From Pseudomonadota bacterium (lineage in GTDB: Bacteria; Myxococcota_A; UBA9042; GCA-2863065): 64,000 nt of DNA. Of the stretch, positions 52,254 to 60,697 are shown one piece after another (the stretch's first letter is position 1; every line of letters starts with the position of its first letter). The notes beneath the pieces were generated by a model. It saw only the letters and a list, made by a program, of their open reading frames with translations. It made no database searches and had not been told where the DNA came from. The stretch covers positions 2,658-66,657 of the forward strand of contig SXOO01000203.1 in NCBI GenBank assembly GCA_005776725.1, read 5' to 3'. Both the position numbers and the translations under genes were made by a program.

Positions 52254-52517
52254 TCAGGTTTCTGGGGCAGCCGGCGCCGCCGCGTCGGCGGCCGTTCTCA
52301 TCGTGGCGTTGAGGTGGATGAGCCGCTTCCTCATGACCGCCACGAGCGCGACCTTCTTGAGCTTGCCGCTTGCGACGAGACGGGCGTAGAAGGCCCTCAG
52401 GTGGCCGAGCTCCGAGACCTCGGCGATGAGCACGGCGGCGCTGAGGGCGCCCACACCGTCCACTGCGGTCAGGGCCTCGAACCTCGGAAGGCGCGACCTG
52501 CACTCGCCGCTAGCCCC
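52254..52517 (-). mobile_element. IS110-family transposase gene remnant (C-terminal pieces only, with an internal deletion)
   Basis: The translation LTAVDGVGALSAAVLIAEVSELGHL (helix-hairpin-helix part) is joined directly to RAFYARLVASGKLKKVALVAVMRKRLIHLNATMR (the typical IS110 C-terminus). The N-terminal DEDD/RuvC-like domain and about 60-80 aa between the two pieces are absent. An upstream in-frame stop lies at 52518-20. Confidence 0.6.
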
Positions 52518-52623
52518 CTACCGCCCGGCGTCCGCCTCAAGCGGACGGCCGGCCGGCCAGCCACGGCGCAACGCCAACTGCTCTGGGGACTGCAACGCAA
52601 CAGAGCGCGAGCCGCGATTCCCC

Positions 52624-52980
52624 GTGCGCGTCACCGTCCAGATCTACAAAGCCACCAGCAACGGCGTGTTGGCGAAGGCCGACGTGGCGTCCATCAAGGC
52701 CCAGGTGAAACGCGTCTACAAAGAGGCGGACTACGTCGGGAGCCTCGTCACGCAGGGCTGCACCGGCCGGCCAACGGAGTGGGAGGGCGACCACCGCGAG
52801 CCGGCCGACTTCTGGCAGGTCTTCTGGCAGCACTTCGAGGCCGACACGGGCCTCACGCCCGAAGAGACGATGCGGCTCCTCGAAGAGCGCGTCACGACCG
52901 GCTGGCGCACCGGCGAGGGGCCCTCGCGAACGGCGGCGTCCCCGCTGGCTTGCCTTCCCCAGCCTCTCCTGAGCCTCTGA
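52624..52980 (+). CDS. Hypothetical protein or gene fragment (start uncertain)
   Basis: The coding-like part of track ORF 52426..52980 (RVTVQIYKATSNGVLAKADVASIKAQVKRVYKEADY..). GTG at 52624 is one possible start. No family recognised. It may be a truncated gene next to the IS remnant. Confidence 0.25.
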   Translation: MRVTVQIYKATSNGVLAKADVASIKAQVKRVYKEADYVGSLVTQGCTGRPTEWEGDHREPADFWQVFWQHFEADTGLTPEETMRLLEERVTTGWRTGEGPSRTAASPLACLPQPLLSL

Positions 52981-53106
52981 GCCGTTCACGACTCATTCGA
53001 CGACCAGGGCTCCGGCTGAAGCCGGCAACGCCAGCGCTCGGGCTGGCAGCTCGGGGTCGTTTCGCAGATTGGTAGAGCTCGCCTCAGTCGCCGTTAGGTT
53101 CCCAGG

Positions 53107-53142
53107 TTGACGACGGGACGCCATTGCCGTACATGCCGTACA
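53107..53142 (+). promoter_or_regulatory. Sigma70-like promoter with a tandem GCCGTACA operator-like repeat upstream of the TA module
   Basis: TTGACG (53107-12), 17-nt spacer, TACATG (53130-35). GCCGTACA at 53126-33 and 53135-42. AAGGAGG at 53146-52. ATG at 53158. Confidence 0.4.
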
Positions 53143-53157
53143 GGCAAGGAGGTTTCA

Positions 53158-53397
53158 ATGCCAGCCGCAGCCCGACTCGAACTTCGAATAGCACCGGCCG
53201 AGAAGCGTTTGATCGAAGAGGCCGCCGCCGCTCGACAACAATCGGTGACGGCGTTTGTCATCGAGACTGCCGTGCGGCGCTCGCGCGACGTCCTCGGTGG
53301 TCGTGAGCCTGCCACGCCGCGCCCGATCGGCGGCTGGTCGTTCACTCTCCTCGATGGATGGGACGATCCCCTCGCCGACTTCGAGACGTGGCGGTGA
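53158..53397 (+). CDS. DUF1778/TacA-like ribbon-helix-helix type II antitoxin (79 aa)
   Basis: ATG at 53158 follows AAGGAGG. ARLELRIAPAEKRLIEEAAAARQQSVTAFVIETAVRRSRDVL matches the DUF1778 pattern. Confidence 0.8.
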   Translation: MPAAARLELRIAPAEKRLIEEAAAARQQSVTAFVIETAVRRSRDVLGGREPATPRPIGGWSFTLLDGWDDPLADFETWR

Positions 53398-53798
53398 CAC
53401 TCCTCATCGATAGCCACATCCTGATGTGGGCGGCGATCGCCGACCCACGACTTCGCGGCCCCGTGCTCGACGCATTCGTCGATCCCAACAACTTGCTGCT
53501 CGTCAGCGCGGCGACACTCTGGGAGCTCGGGTTGAAGCATGGCCTCGGGAAGTTGCCACTCCCCGTGTCTGCGCGTGACTTCTTCGCCCGCGAGATCGCG
53601 ACGCGCGGCTATCGTGTCCTCGACGTTCAGCGTGCGCATGCCGAGCGCGCCAGCGAGCTACCCTACGTCGATCCGGCGCATCGCGATCCTTTCGACCGGA
53701 TGCTCATCGCCCAGGCACTGGTGGAGGGAGTGCCGCTGCTCACTGCCGATGCGCGCTTCAAGGCCTACGTTGGTCTTGGGTTGCGGCTGGTTGGATAG
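53394..53798 (+). CDS. vapC: PIN-domain type II toxin, VapC family (134 aa)
   Basis: GTG at 53394 overlaps the antitoxin TGA (GTGA). Motifs: LLIDSHILMW (Asp), SAATLWELGLK (Glu), HRDPFDRMLIAQA (Asp), LLTADARF (Asp). All four acidic residues are present. Confidence 0.85.
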   Translation: MTLLIDSHILMWAAIADPRLRGPVLDAFVDPNNLLLVSAATLWELGLKHGLGKLPLPVSARDFFAREIATRGYRVLDVQRAHAERASELPYVDPAHRDPFDRMLIAQALVEGVPLLTADARFKAYVGLGLRLVG

Positions 53799-54021
53799 CA
53801 GAAACGCCGCCCCGGCTTTGGGCCACGCCGGGCCGATCCAGCTGGTCATTGTCGCGCTTCCCGGCAAGTCGGACTTTTGGGCCTCGTAGAGATTGGTCAT
53901 CCCGACGCCCTCATGCGCACCTGGGCCGAACGCGCCCTGTTCTGTTCGCGGCGCACGGCTCGGCCCAGTCTCAACTTCTCGGAGCGGACATATCGCGGCC
54001 TCGAACCCGCGCTCAAAAGGC

Positions 54022-57000
54022 TCAGTTGAGGAGAGCCACCTCGAGCGTGTAGGCGCCCTGCTCGGAGGCGTTGTACGAGTCGACGATGATGGTCACCGTC
54101 TCACCGGCCGAGAGGGACACGACCACAGGCGGAAGCGCACCGTAATGGTCGACGCCCGCGAGGCAGGCCGACGCATCGGTCGAGCAAGCGGACAACACCG
54201 AGACCAGGCTCGGGAGGTTGGAGCCGTCCACGTAGACGAGCCCGATCGAGTAGTCGCCGGTCTCTGGGGCCGTGAACGTGTAGACGATGTCGTTGCCGCC
54301 GTCGCCCACGCCGAAGGAGAGCTCTCCGGGGCCGACGCACTGTATGAAGTCGTCGAAGTAGCCCGGCTGGGTGTTGTCTCCCTGCACGCTGATCGGGAGC
54401 TCGCCCTCGAGGACCAGCGCGTTCGCGCAGAGGTCGCCGAGCGCGGGCTCCGCGCACACGCCGTTGGAGCACTGCAGCCCGTCCGCGCACCCGCAGGTGC
54501 CGCCGCAGCTATCCGAGCCGCCGCAGGTCCCTTCCGTGCAAGTGGCCGCGCACGGGGGCAGCACCTCGAGCGTGAACGCGCCCTCGGTGTCGCTCAGGTA
54601 GGCGTCCACCACGATGAACACCTCCTGGCCCTCCACGAGGTCCACGAACACCTCCGCGTTGAGGCCGCTCGTGGTGATAGGTCCCGCCGCGAGGCACGCG
54701 CCGTTCACGTCGGTGCAGCTGGTGGAGACCGAGATGACCGGCGCGAAGTCCGCCGTGACACGGATCGGGAAACGACCCGCGGATGGGGCGACGAAACTAT
54801 AAGTCTGGTCTGCGCTCCCGAGGCCCGCTGAGGTGGAGGCGCACGCACCGAAGAAGTACCGGGCCGTGTCGAACTTGCCCACCGTGGTCCCTGTGGTGAC
54901 GAAGGGCAGCTCACCCACCGGCATCGGCTCGAGGCAGCTGTCGCCGGGCCCAAGCGGCGCGGGCGGCGAGATCGTGAGCGTGTAGGGCCCCGCTGGCTCG
55001 GCCGGATAGTAGCTGTCTACGACGTAGTAGACCGTCTCGCCGGCCGTGAGCGCCGTCCCGAGGACGTTGGCGGCGCCGAAGTTGTAAGCGCCGCCGAGGC
55101 ACTGGATCTCCGGGGATTCGCAAGAGCGCGTGAGCGTCAAGACGGACGAGGAGGTGGTGTCGAGCGTGGCCGTGTAGAACCCCGACTCCTGCACCTCGAA
55201 GGCGTAGACGTGGTCGCTCCCGCCCAGCCCGTACGTCCCTTGCAGCCCGCAAGCATTCGACACCGAGAACTGGTCGCCGCTGCCAAGGGTGGTGTTCGTG
55301 ACCGCGACGGGCAGCGCGCCGGCGTCTAGCACGAAGGGCTCTGCGCACGACTCGCCCTCTCCGAGTGGCTCGCAGAGGGATCCACCCGCGCACTTCTCGC
55401 CATCGCTACACCCACAGGTGCCGCCGCAGCCGTCGGCGCCCCCGCAGAGCCCCGCCTCGCACGTTGGAGCGCAGCAGGTCACACCGAAGTGGAAACCACC
55501 GACCACTGGTGTGAACGCGGTGTAGGTGTCGAAGACCAGAAAGTAGTTGCCGCCGGCCTTGGCCGGGAAGGTCAGAGTGCCGTAGCCCGCCTTGATACAG
55601 TTGGCACCCGCGTCGATGCAGCCCTCGCCCAGGTCCTCTAGGACGACGAGCTGGAGCGTTGCGGCGTTCACTGTGGCGATAGTCACGATCTGCTCGGTCT
55701 CGGCCGTGAACGCCCACGCGACCTCGGCGCTCTGCGAGAAGTTGTCGCTGATGTAGGGCTGGCACGAGTACTTCGAGAACGCCGCGGTCACACCGGCTAC
55801 GCTGTTGGACAAGAACGTGAGCTCGGACCCGCAGGTCACCGAGTCGAGCGGCTCGCACGCGTCGCTCGGGAGCGACTCCTCGCACTTGCCCGCCGAGCAG
55901 AACCCTTGGGCGCAGTTACCACAGGACCCTCCGCACCCGTCGTCGCCGCAGGTCTTGCCGTCGCAGGAGGGCGCACAGCACAGAACGGCCATATCGAAGG
56001 ACGGGACCACCGGCGTGGCTGTGTCGGCCGAGTCCAAGATCAGGAAGTAGCTGGTGTCTGCTTTGGCCAAGAACTTGGTGGTGCCGGACGCGCTGTGAAC
56101 GCACGACGCCTCCGTGTCCGCGCAGCCGTTGCCCTCGTCCTCAAGCACGATGAGATCCAGCGGGCCCTCGTCAGCGAGGCCGATGGAGACCTGCTGCTCG
56201 ACCTCGGAGTAGAAGGTGAACACGGCCTCGGGGCTCTTGGAGTAGTCGTCGCTGTTGAACTGCTGGCAGCTGTAGTTCGAGAAGGCCATCACGGCGCCCG
56301 TCATGGTGTTGGACAGACCCGAGTAGCCCACGCCGCAAGAGACCGGCTGAATCGGAGCACAGCTCCCGGGCAGCTCGACGCAGGTCGCGTCCTGGCAGAA
56401 GCCGGTGTCACAGGTGCCACACGTGAAGCCGCAGCCATCATCGCCGCACTCGTTGTCGGCCGGACAATTGGGGAGGCACGGCTCGCCCACCTCGAGCTCA
56501 TACTCACCCACGTCGGTGGAGTAGTCCCCGTCCACGACCACGAGGAGCGTCTCGCCGGCCTCGAGCTTCACGTCCAGCGACCCACCGCCCGAAGCGAAAG
56601 CGCTGCCTTCGCACTGGTCGCCGGCGCAGTCGGTCTGAGCGTAGAGCAGCGCGAACCAGCTGGCTGTGAGGGTGAACGTGTAGACGCCCGCCTTCGGGGC
56701 CTCGAAGCGCCACGCCTCGTCCGGCGCCGGGAGGCCGTCGAAACCATCGAAGCCGCCGTCGAAGCCATCGAAGCTGTCGAGGCCGTCGACGACCCCGTCG
56801 AAGCCCCCGGTGCAGTCTTCGTAGTTGGACACCCCGCCCGTGGTGTCGCTGGAGACCGGGACGCCGATCTCCAGCGCCCCTTCGACGACGCAAGGCTCGT
56901 CGCCGTCCGTTGCGTCCGCGGTGCCGTCAGTCCCGTCGGTCGCGTCGGCCGTGCCGTCGCTGCCCTCGGTCGAGTCGGCCGTGCCGTCCGTGGCGTCAGT

Positions 57001-57354
57001 GCTGTCCCCCGTGCTGTCCCCCGTGCCGTCGGTGCTGTCCGCGGTGCCATCGGTGCCATCGGTAGCGTCGGTGGCGCTCGAGCCGTCGCTGCCGTCGGTG
57101 AGGTCTGTGGCGTCGGTGGCGTCGGTGGCGTCCGGGGCGTCTGTGACGTCCTCGGCGTCGCTCCCATCCCGGGCGTCGCCGGCCTCCGTCGCGTCGGAGG
57201 CATCTGTGGCGTCGGAGCCGTCGGCCGCCTCGCTGGCGTCAGCCCCCGAGGTGTCTTCGGCGGTCCCATCCTGCCCAGAGCCGTCTCCGCTGGTGCCCGC
57301 TGTCGAGCACGCCGCGACCACCGCAAGACAGAACCCCCACACCACGCGTCGCAT
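54022..57354 (-). CDS. Exported lipoprotein (about 1110 aa) with a D/T/G/S acidic tether followed by six PPC-like beta-sandwich modules separated by CGxDGCGGxCGxC motifs
   Basis: ATG at 57354 has GAGG 5 nt upstream (alternative GTG starts at 57360 and 57369). Lipobox AVVAAC. DATDATDATDLTDGSDG.. region at 56904-57306. Each module ends ..GxYxLxV/I. Cys motifs lie near 54480-54545, 55400-55470, 55910-55975 and 56400-56470. Confidence 0.85.
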   Translation of the reverse strand: MRRVVWGFCLAVVAACSTAGTSGDGSGQDGTAEDTSGADASEAADGSDATDASDATEAGDARDGSDAEDVTDAPDATDATDATDLTDGSDGSSATDATDGTDGTADSTDGTGDSTGDSTDATDGTADSTEGSDGTADATDGTDGTADATDGDEPCVVEGALEIGVPVSSDTTGGVSNYEDCTGGFDGVVDGLDSFDGFDGGFDGFDGLPAPDEAWRFEAPKAGVYTFTLTASWFALLYAQTDCAGDQCEGSAFASGGGSLDVKLEAGETLLVVVDGDYSTDVGEYELEVGEPCLPNCPADNECGDDGCGFTCGTCDTGFCQDATCVELPGSCAPIQPVSCGVGYSGLSNTMTGAVMAFSNYSCQQFNSDDYSKSPEAVFTFYSEVEQQVSIGLADEGPLDLIVLEDEGNGCADTEASCVHSASGTTKFLAKADTSYFLILDSADTATPVVPSFDMAVLCCAPSCDGKTCGDDGCGGSCGNCAQGFCSAGKCEESLPSDACEPLDSVTCGSELTFLSNSVAGVTAAFSKYSCQPYISDNFSQSAEVAWAFTAETEQIVTIATVNAATLQLVVLEDLGEGCIDAGANCIKAGYGTLTFPAKAGGNYFLVFDTYTAFTPVVGGFHFGVTCCAPTCEAGLCGGADGCGGTCGCSDGEKCAGGSLCEPLGEGESCAEPFVLDAGALPVAVTNTTLGSGDQFSVSNACGLQGTYGLGGSDHVYAFEVQESGFYTATLDTTSSSVLTLTRSCESPEIQCLGGAYNFGAANVLGTALTAGETVYYVVDSYYPAEPAGPYTLTISPPAPLGPGDSCLEPMPVGELPFVTTGTTVGKFDTARYFFGACASTSAGLGSADQTYSFVAPSAGRFPIRVTADFAPVISVSTSCTDVNGACLAAGPITTSGLNAEVFVDLVEGQEVFIVVDAYLSDTEGAFTLEVLPPCAATCTEGTCGGSDSCGGTCGCADGLQCSNGVCAEPALGDLCANALVLEGELPISVQGDNTQPGYFDDFIQCVGPGELSFGVGDGGNDIVYTFTAPETGDYSIGLVYVDGSNLPSLVSVLSACSTDASACLAGVDHYGALPPVVVSLSAGETVTIIVDSYNASEQGAYTLEVALLN
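56904..57306 (-). repeat. Low-complexity coding repeat (D-[ATGS]-[TS]-D/G units)
   Basis: Plus-strand runs of gtcggtggcgtc / gccgtcggt-type units, encoding the acidic tether of the lipoprotein. Confidence 0.6.
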
Positions 57355-57503
57355 ACGCACCTCGAACACAAGAAGGGTAGCTGGGGCAGCGCGTGCCCCG
57401 TCGGGTGCGTCTCCGCTCGCGCTCGGACGGGCCCGGGTCGGCGGTGGGGGTGTCCCCTCCGCCTAAGACGCAGCTCGCATCGAGACGACGTCAGCGCGGG
57501 ACG

Positions 57504-58814
57504 CTACCACGGCGTCCGTCCTGCGTTCGACCAGAACCGGGGGGAATCGTCTCCGTCAGCCACCGGCGAGCTTCGGCGTGCTCCCGCAAGGACGGCGACC
57601 GCTACGACGAGAGCGCCGAACCACGCGACGCCGCTCACGGGTCGATGGACCCCTGCGCATCCCGCGGCCGCGCCAGTCGCGCTCGGGGTCTCGGACCCCG
57701 TCTCGCTCGGCGGTTCGGCGCTCTCACCCCCCGCATCCCACGGGAGCTCCGGGGGCGCCACTGCGGGCCCGAAGCACGCGTCACGCTGCCCGGGGCAGTT
57801 GGCCAGGGCGCAGGCCGCGTCGTCCAGCCGGTCGCAGTAGGCCAAGAGACACCGGTCGAGCGAGTCGAAGAGCCCCTGCCCTTCGCTGGTCCCACGCGCA
57901 TGGCACGCCGCGAGGCAGGCGGTGTCCCGCCCCGCTGCCTGACACTCCCCCGCGCAGCAGCCCGCAGCGCACGCGACGAGCGCGGGGCAGTCGAGCACCG
58001 CGCACCGCGCGTCGTCGCAGACACCCGCCTCGCAGGCCTCTGGGCAGCGGCACACGCTCGGCTCGACTCGGCAGTCGGGGCGCTCGAGCCCCGACTCGGC
58101 CGCGATCCAGGCCATCGCCGGGTCCACGCGCGTGACGATCGCAGCCTCGCGGCAGGGGTCGCAGCCCTCGCCCCCCACGACGCAGCCCGCGACGGCCTCG
58201 TTGACGCCGATGATCAGCCCGTCTCGAAGCGCGGGCCCGCCGGAGTCGCCGAAGCAGACGCCGCCGGTAGCGGGCTCGCTCACGAAGGTTCGGTCGCCCA
58301 CGTAAGCGACGCGCATGGTGCCGCTGCGCTTCAACCCGGCGTCCGGGGGATCAACGCCGGACGTGGCTCCGAAGCCGACGTGCACCACCTCTTCGCCCAC
58401 CAGATCCACTCCCAGCTGCGCGCGATTGAGCGGCAGAGGCTCGAGCCCGCTGGGCTCTGCCAGCTCCACGAGGCCGAGGTCGTTCTGAGCTCCGAGGGGG
58501 GCGTACTCTGGGTGGATCACGAAGCGGAGCACCGCGAGCGGCGTCTCGGCGGCCGCTCCCACGCCCACGAACACCCCCTCGGGGCTCGGGGAAAACCCAC
58601 CGCCGCCCTCGGGGCCTGCGGGGACGAGGCAATGCGCCGCCGTGAGCACCCAGGTGGGGGCGATCAGCGCGCCCGTGCAGAAGACGCCGATGGGCTCGGC
58701 CACCAGGGCGACCACCGCGGGGTGACTGCCTGTGGGGACCTGCTCGCCGTCGACGATCGCGCCCTCCCGGTGGCCGAGAGCCGTCAGCAGTAGGGCGGCA
58801 GCGAGAGAGACCAC
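57504..58814 (-). CDS. Secreted S1 (chymotrypsin/trypsin-family) serine protease with a Cys-rich C-terminal domain and a MYXO-CTERM-like membrane tail
   Basis: GTG at 58814 has GGAG 6 nt upstream (alternative TTG at 58856 has no SD). Motifs: AIVDGEQV (IVGG-type N-terminus), LTAAHC (His), NDLGLVEL (Asp), GDSGGP (Ser). Tail: GCAGV..WFGALVVAVAVLAGARR. The remainder of the 674-aa track ORF is antisense to mlaF. Confidence 0.8.
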   Translation of the reverse strand: MVSLAAALLLTALGHREGAIVDGEQVPTGSHPAVVALVAEPIGVFCTGALIAPTWVLTAAHCLVPAGPEGGGGFSPSPEGVFVGVGAAAETPLAVLRFVIHPEYAPLGAQNDLGLVELAEPSGLEPLPLNRAQLGVDLVGEEVVHVGFGATSGVDPPDAGLKRSGTMRVAYVGDRTFVSEPATGGVCFGDSGGPALRDGLIIGVNEAVAGCVVGGEGCDPCREAAIVTRVDPAMAWIAAESGLERPDCRVEPSVCRCPEACEAGVCDDARCAVLDCPALVACAAGCCAGECQAAGRDTACLAACHARGTSEGQGLFDSLDRCLLAYCDRLDDAACALANCPGQRDACFGPAVAPPELPWDAGGESAEPPSETGSETPSATGAAAGCAGVHRPVSGVAWFGALVVAVAVLAGARRSSPVADGDDSPRFWSNAGRTPW

Positions 58815-58865
58815 GCGCTTCTCCGAGACTTTGCGGGGACGCGGGCGCTGGGGCAAAGTGCCCGC

Positions 58866-59651
58866 GTGCCCGACTACGTCATCGAGACCGACGACCTCGC
58901 CGCTGGGTATGGCGGCCCGCTCATTCTCGACGGGGTCTCGGCGCGAATCCAGCGGGGCTGCATCACCTGCATCATCGGTGGCTCCGGCTGCGGCAAGTCC
59001 ACGTTTCTGAAGTCGGTCTTCGGCCTCCTGCCACCACTCCGCGGCTCGGTGCGCCTCTTGGGCCACGACCTCTACGCCGTGGAGGAGCACGCCCGGGCCG
59101 AGATCCTCGCCCGCGCCGGCCTCATGTTTCAGTACGGTGCCCTCTTGGGGAGCCTCAGCCTCGTGGAGAACCTCGCGATCCCGCTTGTCGGCCACACCCG
59201 GCTGGATCCTGCCGTGATCGACGAGGCCATCGCCATGAAGCTGAGCCTCGTCTACCTCTCCCACGCGCTGGACAAGCTGCCCAGCGAGCTCTCCGGCGGG
59301 ATGAGGAAACGCGCCGGGCTGGCCCGGGCCATCATGCTCGACCCGGAGCTGGTCATGTGTGACGAGCCCACCGCGGGTCTCGACCCCAACACGGCCGCCG
59401 AGATCGACCACCTCATCCTGAAGCTCCGCAGGGTGCTCGGCATGACGGTGGTGGTGGTGACCCACGAGCTCTCGTCGATCGAGGTGATCGCAGACCGCAT
59501 CCTCATGTTCAAAGCGGGCAAGCTGCACTTCGACGGCACCCTGGCCGAGGCCAAGGCCTCGCCGGATCCTTCGCTGGTCGGCTTCTTCTCGCGCGCTGAC
59601 GAGACCGTGGCGCGACCCGGACGGTCTCTACTCGATCGGGTGGCGGCGTGA
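58866..59651 (+). CDS. mlaF: ABC transporter ATP-binding protein, MlaF-like
   Basis: GTG at 58866. Walker A GGSGCGKST, signature LSGGMRKRAGLARA, Walker B LVMCDEPTAGLD. Confidence 0.9.
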   Translation: MPDYVIETDDLAAGYGGPLILDGVSARIQRGCITCIIGGSGCGKSTFLKSVFGLLPPLRGSVRLLGHDLYAVEEHARAEILARAGLMFQYGALLGSLSLVENLAIPLVGHTRLDPAVIDEAIAMKLSLVYLSHALDKLPSELSGGMRKRAGLARAIMLDPELVMCDEPTAGLDPNTAAEIDHLILKLRRVLGMTVVVVTHELSSIEVIADRILMFKAGKLHFDGTLAEAKASPDPSLVGFFSRADETVARPGRSLLDRVAA

Positions 59652-60697
59652 GCCAGGCCACCCGCGCACAGAAGCTGCGGCTCGGGATCTTCCTCGGGGT
59701 CTCGGGAGCGATCCTGGGCGGCACGCTGATCACCATGGTGGGCCTCGCCGCCATCGAGAAGCGCGACGAGTACCCGATCCGCTTCGACGGGAGCGTCGCG
59801 GGGCTCTCCCCCGGCTCGCCGGTGCGCTACAACGGCATCGACGTGGGCCGAGTGGAGCGGGTGGCCATCGACCCGAAGAAGCCCTCGGGCGTGCTCGTCA
59901 TCATGAGCCTCGTCGAGGGCACGCCGATCCGCACGGACACCGTCGCGGTCCTCAACATGCAGGGCATCACCGGGCTCAAGTTCATCGAGCTGCAAGGCGG
60001 CCGAGACGACGCCGCGATCATAACGCCCGGCACCGACGTGAAGTCGTCCCGCTCCACGGTGGACCTCCTCACCGACAAGGCCACCTCCATCGCCACCAAG
60101 GTGGAGACGGTGCTCGACAACCTCACCGCCCTCACCAGCGGCGACAACGCGAAGTCCATCAGCGGCATCCTCGCCAACGTCGACAACATCTCCGGAACGA
60201 TCGCGAAGATCCTGGCCGACAACAGCGAGGTGGTCACCGGCCTCGTCGAGGACGCCCGGGCCATCGTGGGCGACATCCGCGCGTTCGTGGCCGACGCCAA
60301 GACGTCTCTCGGCACGCTCCGCGACGCGGCGGACACGGCGGCAAAGTGGATCGACCCCGCAGACGTCAAGGGTACACTCGGGCGCCTTCAGGGCACCCTC
60401 GCGCGCCTGGAGCTAACGCTCGGGGTGTTCGACGAGACGGTGCGCACCGCGAAGGCGCGACTGTCCACCGCCGAGCTGGGCGCCCTGCTCAGCTCGGTCA
60501 ACGGGCTCGCGATCTCCTCCACCGACCTCGTGAAGCGCGCCGACTCCACGCTTGTCCGCGCCCGGGAAGACCTCTTCCGCGCGCTGGAGGCCGTCATCGA
60601 AGGCGCCGACAGCTTCTCCGAGCTCGCGAATACGCTCCGCGACGACCCGGCATCCATGATCCGCGGCAAGGGCGGCGATCGCGAGGTACCCGAATGA
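59648..60697 (+). CDS. mlaD: MlaD/MCE-domain substrate-binding protein with a long helical C-terminus
   Basis: GTG at 59648 overlaps the upstream TGA (GTGA). N-terminal TM helix. MCE core FDGSVAGLSPGSPVRYNGIDVGRVERVAID..MQGITGLKFIELQGG. Confidence 0.9.
   Translation: MSQATRAQKLRLGIFLGVSGAILGGTLITMVGLAAIEKRDEYPIRFDGSVAGLSPGSPVRYNGIDVGRVERVAIDPKKPSGVLVIMSLVEGTPIRTDTVAVLNMQGITGLKFIELQGGRDDAAIITPGTDVKSSRSTVDLLTDKATSIATKVETVLDNLTALTSGDNAKSISGILANVDNISGTIAKILADNSEVVTGLVEDARAIVGDIRAFVADAKTSLGTLRDAADTAAKWIDPADVKGTLGRLQGTLARLELTLGVFDETVRTAKARLSTAELGALLSSVNGLAISSTDLVKRADSTLVRAREDLFRALEAVIEGADSFSELANTLRDDPASMIRGKGGDREVPE

Noticed and set aside
58857-59528. The upstream part of minus ORF 57504..59528 (674 aa), and ORFs 57393..58793 and 55906..57840 on the plus strand
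   Set aside because: The first is antisense to mlaF. The plus-strand ones are antisense to the S1 protease and PPC lipoprotein genes. None has any motif.
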